Below, in pieces: positions 18,376-28,059 of a stretch of DNA of 64,000 nucleotides. The notes below the pieces were generated by a model. It had not been told where the DNA came from, searched no databases, and was given only the letters and a program-made list of their open reading frames with translations. The position numbers and the translations under genes are program-made. The first letter of the stretch is position 1. Each line of letters opens with the position of its first letter. The stretch covers positions 124,001-188,000 of IMG/VR virus record IMGVR_UViG_3300021197_001489. One strand, given 5' to 3'.

Positions 18376-19464
18376 ATGTTAGATGCTATTAAACCACTAC
18401 TGGATAGCGATCTTGTCAATGAGGATACTCGCCAAGCTATTGCCGAACAATGGGAAGCAAAGCTAAGTGAAGCCAAAGAGACAGTTCGTGCAGAACTTCG
18501 TGAGGAGTTTGCACAACGCTATGAGCATGATAAGACTGTGATGGTAGAAGCCCTAGATAAAATGGTAACAGAAGGCTTAACAAGTGAAATTTCTCAACTT
18601 AACGAAGAGAAAAAATCACTTGAAGCGGACCGTGTAAAGTTTGCAAAGTCAATGTCAGAAAACGCCGACAAGTTTAACAACTTTATGGTTACAAAACTGT
18701 CAGAAGAACTACGTGAGCTACGCAAGGATCGTAAAGTACAGGTAGAAGGTTTTGAGAAATTAGAATCTTTTGTTGTTGGTGCTTTAGCCGGCGAAATCAA
18801 GGAGTTTGCAGCAGACAAGAAAGACCTAGTTGAATCTAAGGTAAGACTTGTACGCGACGCACGTGGACAACTTGAAGCATTGAAAGGCAAGTTCATCAAA
18901 GAATCTGCAAAGAAAATGTCAGCCACTGTTTCAACACATCTTAAGGCTGAACTAAGTCAACTACAAGAAGACATTAAAATTGCTCGTGAGAACAATTTTG
19001 GTCGTCGTATCTTTGAAGCATACGCTACAGAGTTTGGTGCTACTCATCTCAATGAGAATGCAGAAGTACGCAAACTAACAGATGCTATTGCTGAAAAGGA
19101 CAAGCAGTTGGCGGAAGCCATCCAAGCTCAAACACAAGCCTCAAAACTTGTAGAGAGTAAAGATCACCAGATTAAAGTTATTCGTGAAGCCAATGAGCGT
19201 GATGCTACATTGGACGAACTTCTTTCTCCTCTCAATGATGAGAAGAGAGCAGTAATGACAAATCTACTTGAAAACGTTCAAACATCCCGTTTAAAGAACG
19301 CATTCGAAAAATATTTGCCAGCAGTTCTTAGCGAAGCAAAAGCCACTAAAAAGGCTGACAGCTTAGTTGAAGCAACTGGTAATAAATCTGCAAAGGCCGT
19401 CGAAGCAACCAACAACACAGATAATAACAATGTTGTTGAACTAAAACGCCTAGCAGGGCTTTAA
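18376..19464 (+). CDS. gp22: Prohead scaffold protein (T4 gp22-like)
   Basis: Long charged coiled coil between the protease and capsid genes. Confidence 0.8.
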   Translation: MLDAIKPLLDSDLVNEDTRQAIAEQWEAKLSEAKETVRAELREEFAQRYEHDKTVMVEALDKMVTEGLTSEISQLNEEKKSLEADRVKFAKSMSENADKFNNFMVTKLSEELRELRKDRKVQVEGFEKLESFVVGALAGEIKEFAADKKDLVESKVRLVRDARGQLEALKGKFIKESAKKMSATVSTHLKAELSQLQEDIKIARENNFGRRIFEAYATEFGATHLNENAEVRKLTDAIAEKDKQLAEAIQAQTQASKLVESKDHQIKVIREANERDATLDELLSPLNDEKRAVMTNLLENVQTSRLKNAFEKYLPAVLSEAKATKKADSLVEATGNKSAKAVEATNNTDNNNVVELKRLAGL

Positions 19465-19486
19465 AATATAGAAAAAGGAGACAGAA

Positions 19487-20677
19487 ATGTCACAAGAACT
19501 ACTAGAAAGCCGTTGGGATGAGACCAAAGAAGCCCTCCTAGAAGGCCTCGGTGGCGCTCGCCGCTCAACAATGAGTGTTGTACTAGAAAACACTCGCAAG
19601 CACTTGGCAGAAAACGCAACTGCAGGTTCTACAGCATCAGGAAACGTTGCTACATTGAACCGCGTTATTCTTCCAGTTATCAGACGTGTCATGCCAACAG
19701 TTATTGCTAACGAGTTGGTTGGTGTTCAGCCAATGACAGGTCCAGTTGGCCAAATTCACACACTTCGTGTACGTTATGCCACTACAATGACAGACAACTC
19801 AGCAGCAGGTACTTCAACAGTAGCTGGTGAAGAAGCTCTTTCACCATTCAAAATTGCCCAGGCATATTCCGGTTCAACTGGAGCGACTGCGGCAGCTTAT
19901 ACTGCAGGTAACACAGCAGCCATGGAAGGTGTTGGCGGACGTCAAATTTCAGTACAGATCTTAAAGCAAGCTGTTGAAGCAAAGACACGCAAGCTACAAG
20001 CTCGCTGGACATTTGAAGCAGCACAAGACGCACAAGCCATGCATGGTATTGACGTTGAAGCTGAAATCATGGCAGCACTTGCACAAGAAATCACAGCTGA
20101 AATTGATCAAGAGATCCTATTTTCTCTTCGCACACTAGCAGCTACTGAGTTCACATACAACCAAGCAACTGTATCAGGTACAGCTACTTACGTTGGTGAC
20201 GAGCATGCAGCACTTGCAGTTCTAATCAACAGAACAGCTAACTTGATCGCTCAGCGTACACGTCGTGGCGCAGGCAACTATGCTGTTGTTTCTCCTGCTG
20301 CACTTACAGTGCTTCAGTCAGCTACAACTTCAGCTTTTGCTCGCACAACAGAAGGCGTCTTCGAAGCACCAACAAACACTAAGTTTGTAGGTACATTGAA
20401 TGGCACAATGCGTGTATTCTGCGATAGTTATGCAGCTGATACAACTCCAGTACTTGTTGGATACAAAGGTGCAAGTGAAACAGACGCTCCAGCGTTTTAT
20501 TGCCCATACGTTCCACTAATGAGTTCAGGCGTTGTCTTGGATCCAAGTACATTCGAGCCAGTCGTATCATTCATGACACGTTATGGTTATATCGAGCTTA
20601 CAAACGTAGCATCTTCATTCGGCAACGCCGGTGATTATGTTGGTGAGATTGCAGTATCTAACTTGTCATTCTCATAA
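19487..20677 (+). CDS. gp23: Major capsid protein (T4 gp23-like)
   Basis: 'VGVQPMTGPVGQIHTLR', 'AKTRKLQARWTFEAAQDAQAMHG', 'FYCPYVPL', 'FMTRYG'. Confidence 0.97.
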   Translation: MSQELLESRWDETKEALLEGLGGARRSTMSVVLENTRKHLAENATAGSTASGNVATLNRVILPVIRRVMPTVIANELVGVQPMTGPVGQIHTLRVRYATTMTDNSAAGTSTVAGEEALSPFKIAQAYSGSTGATAAAYTAGNTAAMEGVGGRQISVQILKQAVEAKTRKLQARWTFEAAQDAQAMHGIDVEAEIMAALAQEITAEIDQEILFSLRTLAATEFTYNQATVSGTATYVGDEHAALAVLINRTANLIAQRTRRGAGNYAVVSPAALTVLQSATTSAFARTTEGVFEAPTNTKFVGTLNGTMRVFCDSYAADTTPVLVGYKGASETDAPAFYCPYVPLMSSGVVLDPSTFEPVVSFMTRYGYIELTNVASSFGNAGDYVGEIAVSNLSFS

Positions 20678-20709
20678 GCCAAAAACAAACCTGCTTTGCG
20701 GGGGAGAAG

Positions 20710-20738
20710 AAACAGCACCTTCGGGTGCTGTTTTTTTT
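20710..20738 (+). terminator. Rho-independent terminator after major capsid gene
   Basis: AAACAGCACC-TTCG-GGTGCTGTTT followed by a T run. Confidence 0.9.
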
Positions 20739-20769
20739 GTTTTAAATTTTATTATACTTAAATACTGTC

Positions 20770-21834
20770 ATGAATATACATTGGCGCTACAATTATGATT
20801 ATAAAAGTTTCATCTGGGTTGATGGAAATCCAAACCAAAGCTATCAACCATTGATGGATCATGTAGCCATTCCTACATTAATTATTGACATTAATTTGGT
20901 TAAAGCCATTGATCTTGAATCATACTTGAATTATGTATTAGATGCCGCAATCACAGACAATAATCCAATAAGTTATAAACAATTGATATTTGATGCAACG
21001 TATGACCCTGTGTACGATTACAAAGAAAAAGTGGAAATTTTGAATGACTATGTGAAGAACAAAGGCATCCCTGGGTTTTTAAGTGTAAGTCATTTTGAGG
21101 TAAACTATCATAGCCATCTAGTAGAAATACTGTATCCTAGTTGGTTGTTTTCTTTCAAAAGACAAAAATTACCAGAACTAAACCTAACAGAAAAAAAATG
21201 GAAGTATAGCTGCTTAAATCGAAATCCTATATGGCATCGTTTGATGTTTTATACAATGATTAAAGAAAAAAATCTATTAGACCAATTTGTTTATACATTC
21301 TATGATCGATGTCCATACATTGGTACATTAGTTGACGGACACTATTATGCTAAAACTGACCATTTTTTTGAAGATTATTACGGTAGATGTATGGAAAACA
21401 TATCTGATTTGCCATTATCATGGCCTAACGATGTCCCAGGACACAGCGATCATACATTAAATCATGACGCTTATATCAACGCAGAATGTAACATTGTTAC
21501 AGAAACAAGTGTTTCGGTTAGTTTCACTAGTGAGAAAATTTGGAAACCAATTGCAGCTGGTCAAATCTTTCATGTTGTTGGCAGTGCGTATACCAACAAA
21601 TGGTTGCAAAGTCTAGGGTTCTATACATTTGATACAGGGTATGATTCAATCATTGATAATGTACAGCGTATTGAGGCAGTCGCTAATCTGGTCGAAAGAG
21701 AAATTGAGACCGCTGCAACCAGGTGGGAGCTACGGAAAACATTTTTTTATGTTCAACAGAATTATCACTTGTTTCATAGCGGAGCAGTTGAAAAAATTAT
21801 TTTAGATCCACTGATTGCACTCCTAAATAAGTAA
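20770..21834 (+). CDS. Hypothetical protein, possibly glycosyltransferase-like
   Basis: AT-rich; 'YSCLNRNP..HR', 'NIVTETS...FTSEKIWKPI...F..VG'; TTAAATA promoter at 20758-20764. Confidence 0.5.
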   Translation: MNIHWRYNYDYKSFIWVDGNPNQSYQPLMDHVAIPTLIIDINLVKAIDLESYLNYVLDAAITDNNPISYKQLIFDATYDPVYDYKEKVEILNDYVKNKGIPGFLSVSHFEVNYHSHLVEILYPSWLFSFKRQKLPELNLTEKKWKYSCLNRNPIWHRLMFYTMIKEKNLLDQFVYTFYDRCPYIGTLVDGHYYAKTDHFFEDYYGRCMENISDLPLSWPNDVPGHSDHTLNHDAYINAECNIVTETSVSVSFTSEKIWKPIAAGQIFHVVGSAYTNKWLQSLGFYTFDTGYDSIIDNVQRIEAVANLVEREIETAATRWELRKTFFYVQQNYHLFHSGAVEKIILDPLIALLNK

Positions 21835-21840
21835 AATTTA

Positions 21841-21940
21841 CTAAATAACTGTAACATAACGCAATAATGCGTTTTATGCGGAATACCATCCGCGTAGTGG
21901 GCTAGAACCCACATCGGACTTCTATAAAGGAGAAAACAAC
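21841..21940 (+). promoter_or_regulatory. Late promoter plus structured leader (two hairpins and an H-type pseudoknot)
   Basis: CTAAATA at 21841-21847. Stems 21858-63/21868-73, 21875-82/21889-96 and 21897-901/21908-12; loop TAGAA pairs with TTCTA at 21920-24; AAGGAG follows. Confidence 0.6.
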
Positions 21941-22615
21941 ATGGGACGTCCTCTCAAAATTAAAAAATCAGCAACCACTGACATTGGTTTCAACAATCCA
22001 GGTGATGATTCATCACCAAGAGTACCAGCTGGCGAACTATACTTTGGTCAAGTTGGCGGAGACACAGCTTTAGCTAACGGCGACAATCCAGTCACATCAT
22101 GCCGTGTCAAAATTGGCTCAGTGGCAGAAGCTGAAGGTTATATCATCCGTCAAAAAGGTGCAACCAAGTACCTAGTTGCTGATGCAACTGGTGTTACAGC
22201 CGGTTCGTTTGTTACTAGTAACACATATATTATTACTTCACTTGGCAACACTGATTTCACTCTTGTTGGCGGTCCAGCAAATGCAGCAGTTGGCACAACA
22301 TTCGTAGCTACCGGCGCAGGCTCAGGCTCAGGCACAGTGGATACAATTGGTACATGTGTACTGGCTAACAAGGCTGATGCTTCTTTAGCAGCAGATGAAA
22401 TGACAATAACTTACTCAGATGTTGGATCAGGTCAAGTTCGCATCAAGCGCATGACTAACAAATATGCAATTAACTTTTCTGATGCTAGAGTTGTAGTTAA
22501 CTACTTTAACATCATTGATGATACAGTTGAGAAGTCAGGTGCTGATAAAGACACAATGACAGGTGGTGTATCAACTATTGACGTAGTACAGGTTGAGAAT
22601 CCAATCTACGGTTAA
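21941..22615 (+). CDS. Virion structural protein (post-capsid, decoration-like)
   Basis: Strong RBS and own terminator; Thr/Gly/Ala-rich. Confidence 0.55.
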   Translation: MGRPLKIKKSATTDIGFNNPGDDSSPRVPAGELYFGQVGGDTALANGDNPVTSCRVKIGSVAEAEGYIIRQKGATKYLVADATGVTAGSFVTSNTYIITSLGNTDFTLVGGPANAAVGTTFVATGAGSGSGTVDTIGTCVLANKADASLAADEMTITYSDVGSGQVRIKRMTNKYAINFSDARVVVNYFNIIDDTVEKSGADKDTMTGGVSTIDVVQVENPIYG

Positions 22616-22635
22616 TAAACACTTTTTAACTAACC

Positions 22636-22671
22636 AAGCCCTCATTGTAATAACTACAGTGAGGGTTTTTT
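22636..22671 (+). terminator. Rho-independent terminator
   Basis: 14-bp stem AAGCCCTCATTGTA / TACAGTGAGGGTTT (2 G-U pairs) plus T run. Confidence 0.75.
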
Positions 22672-23259
22672 ATGAGTGCAGCATTTATATTGGGAAACGG
22701 CAGAAGCAGATTAGTACTTGATCTCAATATGCTAATGGAAGTTGGCTATGTATTTGGTTGCAACGGATTGTACAGAGACTTCACACCTCACTGCTTGGTT
22801 GCCACTGATAGACCAATTGCTGAAGAAATACAAAATTCTGGATATGCTGAAAAGCACAGATTTCACACACGCAAGCCCATTGAAAGTCTTGGAGGCAGAT
22901 CTCTTATTAGAGAGTACAAAGGTTTTAGCAGCGGGCCAAATGCTGCTGCACTTGCACTTGTTGACGGTCACAGCGACATATACCTAATAGGTATGGATCT
23001 TGGCAGCACAAACGGCGTGTTTAACAATGTTTACGCAGGAACACAGTTTTACAAACAAGAACTTGCTTCACAAACATTTCCCGGCAACTGGATTAATCAG
23101 GTTGTTAAACTCACTGAAGACTTTGAAAGTAGACAGTTTTGGAGAATTGAAGGACCCGAAAGTGCATTTGTTCCACAGTTTAATAAAATACCAAACATGC
23201 GGATTTTGTCAATGGACAAGTTTAAAGAGAAGGTAAATACTGCTAGAGGTCCACTATGA
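22672..23259 (+). CDS. Hypothetical, DUF115/MptE-like (GT-D-like) Rossmann protein, copy 1
   Basis: 'AFILGNGRSR...VFGCNGLYRDF...LVATD...SSGPNAAALA...IYLIGMD'. Confidence 0.55.
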   Translation: MSAAFILGNGRSRLVLDLNMLMEVGYVFGCNGLYRDFTPHCLVATDRPIAEEIQNSGYAEKHRFHTRKPIESLGGRSLIREYKGFSSGPNAAALALVDGHSDIYLIGMDLGSTNGVFNNVYAGTQFYKQELASQTFPGNWINQVVKLTEDFESRQFWRIEGPESAFVPQFNKIPNMRILSMDKFKEKVNTARGPL

Positions 23260-23894
23260 GAACAAAGAAAAGAATTGACGGCGATTACTTTATTGAAACC
23301 ATAAACTCAACAGACATGGTTCATATTGCCAGTAACACAGAAATTGACGGTAACCTTACAGTCAGTGGTAATGTTACATATATTAACACAGAACAATTGG
23401 ATGTGAAAGACCCTTTTGTTATGGTTAACATGAGTAACACTGCAACATATGCAAGTAATGCTGGATTGTTAACTCATAAGACTGCAACAACATTTGCTGG
23501 CATTCGTTATAACACCGATGACAATAAATGGGAATTAAGCACAAGCACAGGTAGCACTGGTGAAACTGGTACATGGACAGAAATCGGAACAGCAACCGCT
23601 GGCACTGTTGCAGGAGCAAATACACAAGTACAGTTCAACAATTCAGGTGCTTTTGGTGCTAGTGCAAACTTAACGTTTACAGACACAAGTCAGTTAAACA
23701 TTGGCGGAAATGTCAATTTAACTGCAGGTTTACAACTTGCCCACGTTTCTGCACCAGGGGCAGTTGGTTCGACTACTATTTTACATGGTGGCGGTATGGG
23801 CAGTGGTGGTACCGGTCTGTTTTTTGTAGATGGATCAGACGCAGATGAATTAGTTAGCAAAAGCAAGGCGATTGTTTTTGGAATTATATTTTAA
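23256..23894 (+). CDS. Virion structural protein
   Basis: 'DGNLTVSGNVTYINTEQLDVKDP' fibre-type motif; GTAAATA promoter at 23233-23239. Confidence 0.6.
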   Translation: MRTKKRIDGDYFIETINSTDMVHIASNTEIDGNLTVSGNVTYINTEQLDVKDPFVMVNMSNTATYASNAGLLTHKTATTFAGIRYNTDDNKWELSTSTGSTGETGTWTEIGTATAGTVAGANTQVQFNNSGAFGASANLTFTDTSQLNIGGNVNLTAGLQLAHVSAPGAVGSTTILHGGGMGSGGTGLFFVDGSDADELVSKSKAIVFGIIF

Positions 23895-23903
23895 GGAAAA
23901 ACG

Positions 23904-24218
23904 ATGACAATACAAACAACGCTCGTAACAAATAGTGCAACCACAGTTTATACCAGTACAAACAATACTGCTATAACTTACATGGAATTAACAAATGTTT
24001 CTGCAGGTGCATTGACTGTTGATATTCATGTGATACCAAGTGGAGATAGTTTGTCAAATACAAACATAATAGCAAAGACACTTAGTATTGCAGCCACTGA
24101 CAGTTATCAAATATACACAGGTGGCGAAAAACTATTGCTTGCAAATGGAGATATCATTCAAGTAACTGCAAGTGCAGCCACAGGGATAAACGCAGTAGTA
24201 TCATTTACGGCGATCTAG
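23904..24218 (+). CDS. Small beta-rich virion protein
   Basis: 104 aa with AAGGA RBS, within the structural operon. Confidence 0.6.
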   Translation: MTIQTTLVTNSATTVYTSTNNTAITYMELTNVSAGALTVDIHVIPSGDSLSNTNIIAKTLSIAATDSYQIYTGGEKLLLANGDIIQVTASAATGINAVVSFTAI

Positions 24219-24221
24219 TAA

Positions 24222-24632
24222 ATGGGCACATTTCTAAAAAATAGAATATTACCAAATGGAGACAGCGGAGTAGTTGTTCCTGGCGGGCCAACTGCGGAGC
24301 GACCAGACAATCCAGTATTCGGAGTTTTTAGATATAACACCAGCACAAACACTATGGAATTTTTTAACGGGACAGTATACAAAACTTTCTCCAGCTCTGG
24401 CGAAGCAAATATCACAGTTGACAGTTTCACCGGAGATGGATCAACACTTACATTTACATTAGGCACTGTCGTAAGTGCTGCTGATCAGGTTCTTGTTTTT
24501 GTATCAAACATTTACCAACAACCAACTGGTGTGTACACTATTACAGGCAGTGGCAATGACATTACCTTTAGTTCCGCACCGTTAGCAGCCGAACCAATTA
24601 ATGTAATTCACGGTCTTGGCAACACACCTTAA
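24222..24632 (+). CDS. Small virion protein with 'FTGDGSTLTFTL' module
   Basis: Shares the GDGST..F.L...Q.P..Y...G..ITF..AP module with the fibre genes. Confidence 0.6.
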   Translation: MGTFLKNRILPNGDSGVVVPGGPTAERPDNPVFGVFRYNTSTNTMEFFNGTVYKTFSSSGEANITVDSFTGDGSTLTFTLGTVVSAADQVLVFVSNIYQQPTGVYTITGSGNDITFSSAPLAAEPINVIHGLGNTP

Positions 24633-24672
24633 CAACTGCGATAAATACTGCAAAGTTTAAGGATAGTAATTA

Positions 24673-27600
24673 ATGGCCATTGCAAGAGTCACCGGTAAAG
24701 CACTCGCAGACAATCTTGAGAGAACAACCAATTTAGCTGTCGATACAAGTACATTGTTTATTGACGTGACTAACAATCGTGTTGGCATTGGTACTATTAC
24801 TCCAACACAGTCTTTAACTGTTCCAGGAAATGCTAATATTGCAAATATTTCTATTGCAGGAAATGCAATTTCAGCAGAAGGCAATCTCAATTTAAGCGGC
24901 AGTAACGTAAATCTTGGTGCTAATACCGGAATTACTATTACTGGCGGAACAACTGGCCAGGTACTTACTACTAACGGAAGTGGTGTATTAAGTTGGACTA
25001 CTGGTGCAAATGTATCGAGTGTGTTAGGTAACACAATCGACCTTGGCACACCAGCTGATGGAAGTTTAACTGGAAATGTTGCATATGACGGTTTTACTAC
25101 TACAAGTAAGGTCACTGACAGCATAGATGATCTTAACCAAGTAATATTAAATGTTGGAAACAGCACTTTTGTAGGACAAGCAAGTTTTACAGGAACACCA
25201 GTTAGCGGACCAAGTCCAACAACTGTAGACTTTACTGGAACATTTACTGGCAATGCAACCTCATTTGAATGGAACTTTGGCGATGGGAACACTTCAACTT
25301 CGCAAAATCCATCACATACATATAACGATGCAGCCGGTGGTACGTTTACAGTTGTATTCACTGCAAAAAACACAGATGGAACATTTTCTGGAAACATCGC
25401 TGCAGGGGCAAAAGGCAGTGCAGATAGTTTCACAAGAACAAATTATATCACACTGTTTACACCAACTCCTATTCCAAGTTTCACACTTACTGATAGTACC
25501 ATCGACTCAGGTGCTACTGCAACTATTACTAACACAAGTCAATTTGTCACAACCAGTTTTACACTAGATTGGGGACAAGGTGCAAACGTAAATCCTGCAA
25601 CAGATTTTACAACTGTCAACAACACATACACCAACACAGGTGGTGACACACAGTATCAAATTGTTCTTACTGGAGTATCAAACACTGCTGGTGCTAGTCC
25701 TGTAACAGTGAACAGTGCGCCAACTACTATAAGTGTGTTTACTGCACAAACAACACTATCCAGTGCTAACGTGGTTCGTGTAGTCAATGAAGAAGCAACA
25801 TCAGGTGGTGTTGTGCAGTTTACAAATAGTACTGCAACTGCCCCAGGAACAACTGCACTATTTGGCAGCGGTCAAAAATACAGATGGACTTGGGGAGATG
25901 GTAATGTTGATAGTGTAAACATACAAACAGGCGTAGCGGGCAATCCAGGATCAACTCTTGATCATACATTTGCATTGAGCAGTGTGCAACAAGCCGCTGG
26001 CACAACCGCAACATACGCAGTCCAGCTATCAACACTTACTGGTCATACAAGTAGTCCATTTAATGCAGCCAATATTGCAATAGCACTTGAGCCTGATATA
26101 CGCAGTATTTTTACCGGTACAACTGTTATTGCTAGTGATAAAACAGGTGACAATGCACAAGATGGTTATTTGTTTACAGACTACAGATCAGGACTCTCTA
26201 CCACTGATAGAGGATTAGTTACATTCCAAAACACAAGCCAAAACGTTACAACCACTAATTTCACATTTGGTGATGGTAATACAACCGGCGCTATCACAAG
26301 TGGTGCTGGTACACCAGGAGCAGCCAATATAACAAACAGCTACGGAAGCGTTGCTTCGTTCACTGTGGCATTGGTATCAAGTGGTACACCAGATACTATT
26401 GCACAAACAGACACAGAAACAAAAACAAACTTTATAACTATTAACGCTAATCCTGCTGCACCTACAGCACTGAGTGGCAAAACGCTTAGTATGTCAACTG
26501 GCAGTCAAGGAACTGCTCCGTTGCTGGCAGCAAGTGCCACTGACAGAAGCAGTGGTAACATACCAGCAAATGGTACCAGTGTTACAAGATATACAACTGC
26601 TGATCCAATTGTTACAAGTACAGTCACTGATGCAAACACTGCAATCTCTGGGACACTAACTGCAACATTTAACAATTCAGCTTCAGGCGCAGTTACGTTT
26701 ACTGCCAGCGGCGATGGTGCAGGAACATATACTGACTTGGTAGTAGTCAACGATGGCGACGCACATGATGAAATAAGTGCTAGTACCTATCCAACAGGGT
26801 TTGCAAAAGTATTTGATGCTCGCGTTTCAAAAGCCACTAGCGGAATAAGTGTAGGATACAATGATACAAGTCTGATACACTCAACTGCTGGCGTAACAAA
26901 CACTGTTGGTTTTGTAAAAGATGATATGGTTAGTGTGCCAACAGTAAATCAAGGCGCGGCAACCATTACCCAAGGAACTGCAGGAACATTTAGATATATT
27001 TCAGGAGTGCCTTATTACAACACCGGTTCTCCTACGGTAAACGTTGCAGGGTTGACAGTGTCAAACTTTGTAGGACAAACATATAGAGATACAACCACAC
27101 CATTTCAATCTACAACTGGTACACTTGCAGAAAGCACCACGGGTAGTATTATTGCAACACAAACTAAAACCTACGCTAACATCGATGGAGCACCAACTTT
27201 CTTAACTGGCGGCATTCCAATTGCCGGTACTGGTGTTGGCAGTGCATATACTTTAGGAACTGTTAGTTTAGCAATTAACGGAACTGCTAGGGCTGTAGGG
27301 TATCTTGACGCGCAGATGTTCAACGTAAATGGTAATAGCAGTATTGTTGATCTTACTAACAAATATATACAAATTTATAGTGCAAGTTTAACTGGGTTTG
27401 ACGAAGAAAATATTCCAGTAGCAGATGCACTTGGTACAACCTTTGATGATGACGGAAAGCGTGTAACCGGCTTTGGCAGTTTTGCTGATACTCCTAGTTT
27501 TGCAGGCGGCACAGATTACTATACTTCAAATGTTTTTACAGGAGCAGTTACAGTAGCAGGAACTTCGGAAGCAATAGTACGTTTTGGAACACTAAAACAT

Positions 27601-28059
27601 TTTGTTACAAACCTAAGCAGTGGGTATCTGCCTGCAGGTCCAGATCTAGCTACAAGCAGATCAGGTAATCAGTACATAACTTTTGCATTTAGAAGAGCAA
27701 CTGTAGCAAACTTTGACATAGCAATTAACAGTAGTACTGGAGTTAAGGGTGTGTTTATAGGAGCACCTGGTACGGCAATTGACACTGCTAGTGGATTGAA
27801 TGGATGGGTAAGCGGTAGTACACAGTATGCTGGTTCGGGTGTGCCGGGCAGTGATACTGGTAATGGCGGCAACGGCAGTAATGGTTGTGCTTTAACAGGG
27901 GCAGACGTTATTCCAACAGACACAGGCATCAATGCTTCTTATACCATGACACTAGGAAGTGAGAATAGTTCAAACGCTACAGGAAACAATGTGCTAGTGC
28001 GTATTGCATTAGGCTCAGGCCAAACTCTTACCAGTGTTAGTGTAGGAGAACAAACCTAA
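24673..28059 (+). CDS. Large PKD-domain virion/adhesin protein
   Basis: PKD motif 'SGPSPTTVDF...FEWNFGDGNTSTSQNPSHTY' and further W/FGDG repeats; ATAAATA at 24641-24647. Confidence 0.75.
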   Translation: MAIARVTGKALADNLERTTNLAVDTSTLFIDVTNNRVGIGTITPTQSLTVPGNANIANISIAGNAISAEGNLNLSGSNVNLGANTGITITGGTTGQVLTTNGSGVLSWTTGANVSSVLGNTIDLGTPADGSLTGNVAYDGFTTTSKVTDSIDDLNQVILNVGNSTFVGQASFTGTPVSGPSPTTVDFTGTFTGNATSFEWNFGDGNTSTSQNPSHTYNDAAGGTFTVVFTAKNTDGTFSGNIAAGAKGSADSFTRTNYITLFTPTPIPSFTLTDSTIDSGATATITNTSQFVTTSFTLDWGQGANVNPATDFTTVNNTYTNTGGDTQYQIVLTGVSNTAGASPVTVNSAPTTISVFTAQTTLSSANVVRVVNEEATSGGVVQFTNSTATAPGTTALFGSGQKYRWTWGDGNVDSVNIQTGVAGNPGSTLDHTFALSSVQQAAGTTATYAVQLSTLTGHTSSPFNAANIAIALEPDIRSIFTGTTVIASDKTGDNAQDGYLFTDYRSGLSTTDRGLVTFQNTSQNVTTTNFTFGDGNTTGAITSGAGTPGAANITNSYGSVASFTVALVSSGTPDTIAQTDTETKTNFITINANPAAPTALSGKTLSMSTGSQGTAPLLAASATDRSSGNIPANGTSVTRYTTADPIVTSTVTDANTAISGTLTATFNNSASGAVTFTASGDGAGTYTDLVVVNDGDAHDEISASTYPTGFAKVFDARVSKATSGISVGYNDTSLIHSTAGVTNTVGFVKDDMVSVPTVNQGAATITQGTAGTFRYISGVPYYNTGSPTVNVAGLTVSNFVGQTYRDTTTPFQSTTGTLAESTTGSIIATQTKTYANIDGAPTFLTGGIPIAGTGVGSAYTLGTVSLAINGTARAVGYLDAQMFNVNGNSSIVDLTNKYIQIYSASLTGFDEENIPVADALGTTFDDDGKRVTGFGSFADTPSFAGGTDYYTSNVFTGAVTVAGTSEAIVRFGTLKHFVTNLSSGYLPAGPDLATSRSGNQYITFAFRRATVANFDIAINSSTGVKGVFIGAPGTAIDTASGLNGWVSGSTQYAGSGVPGSDTGNGGNGSNGCALTGADVIPTDTGINASYTMTLGSENSSNATGNNVLVRIALGSGQTLTSVSVGEQT

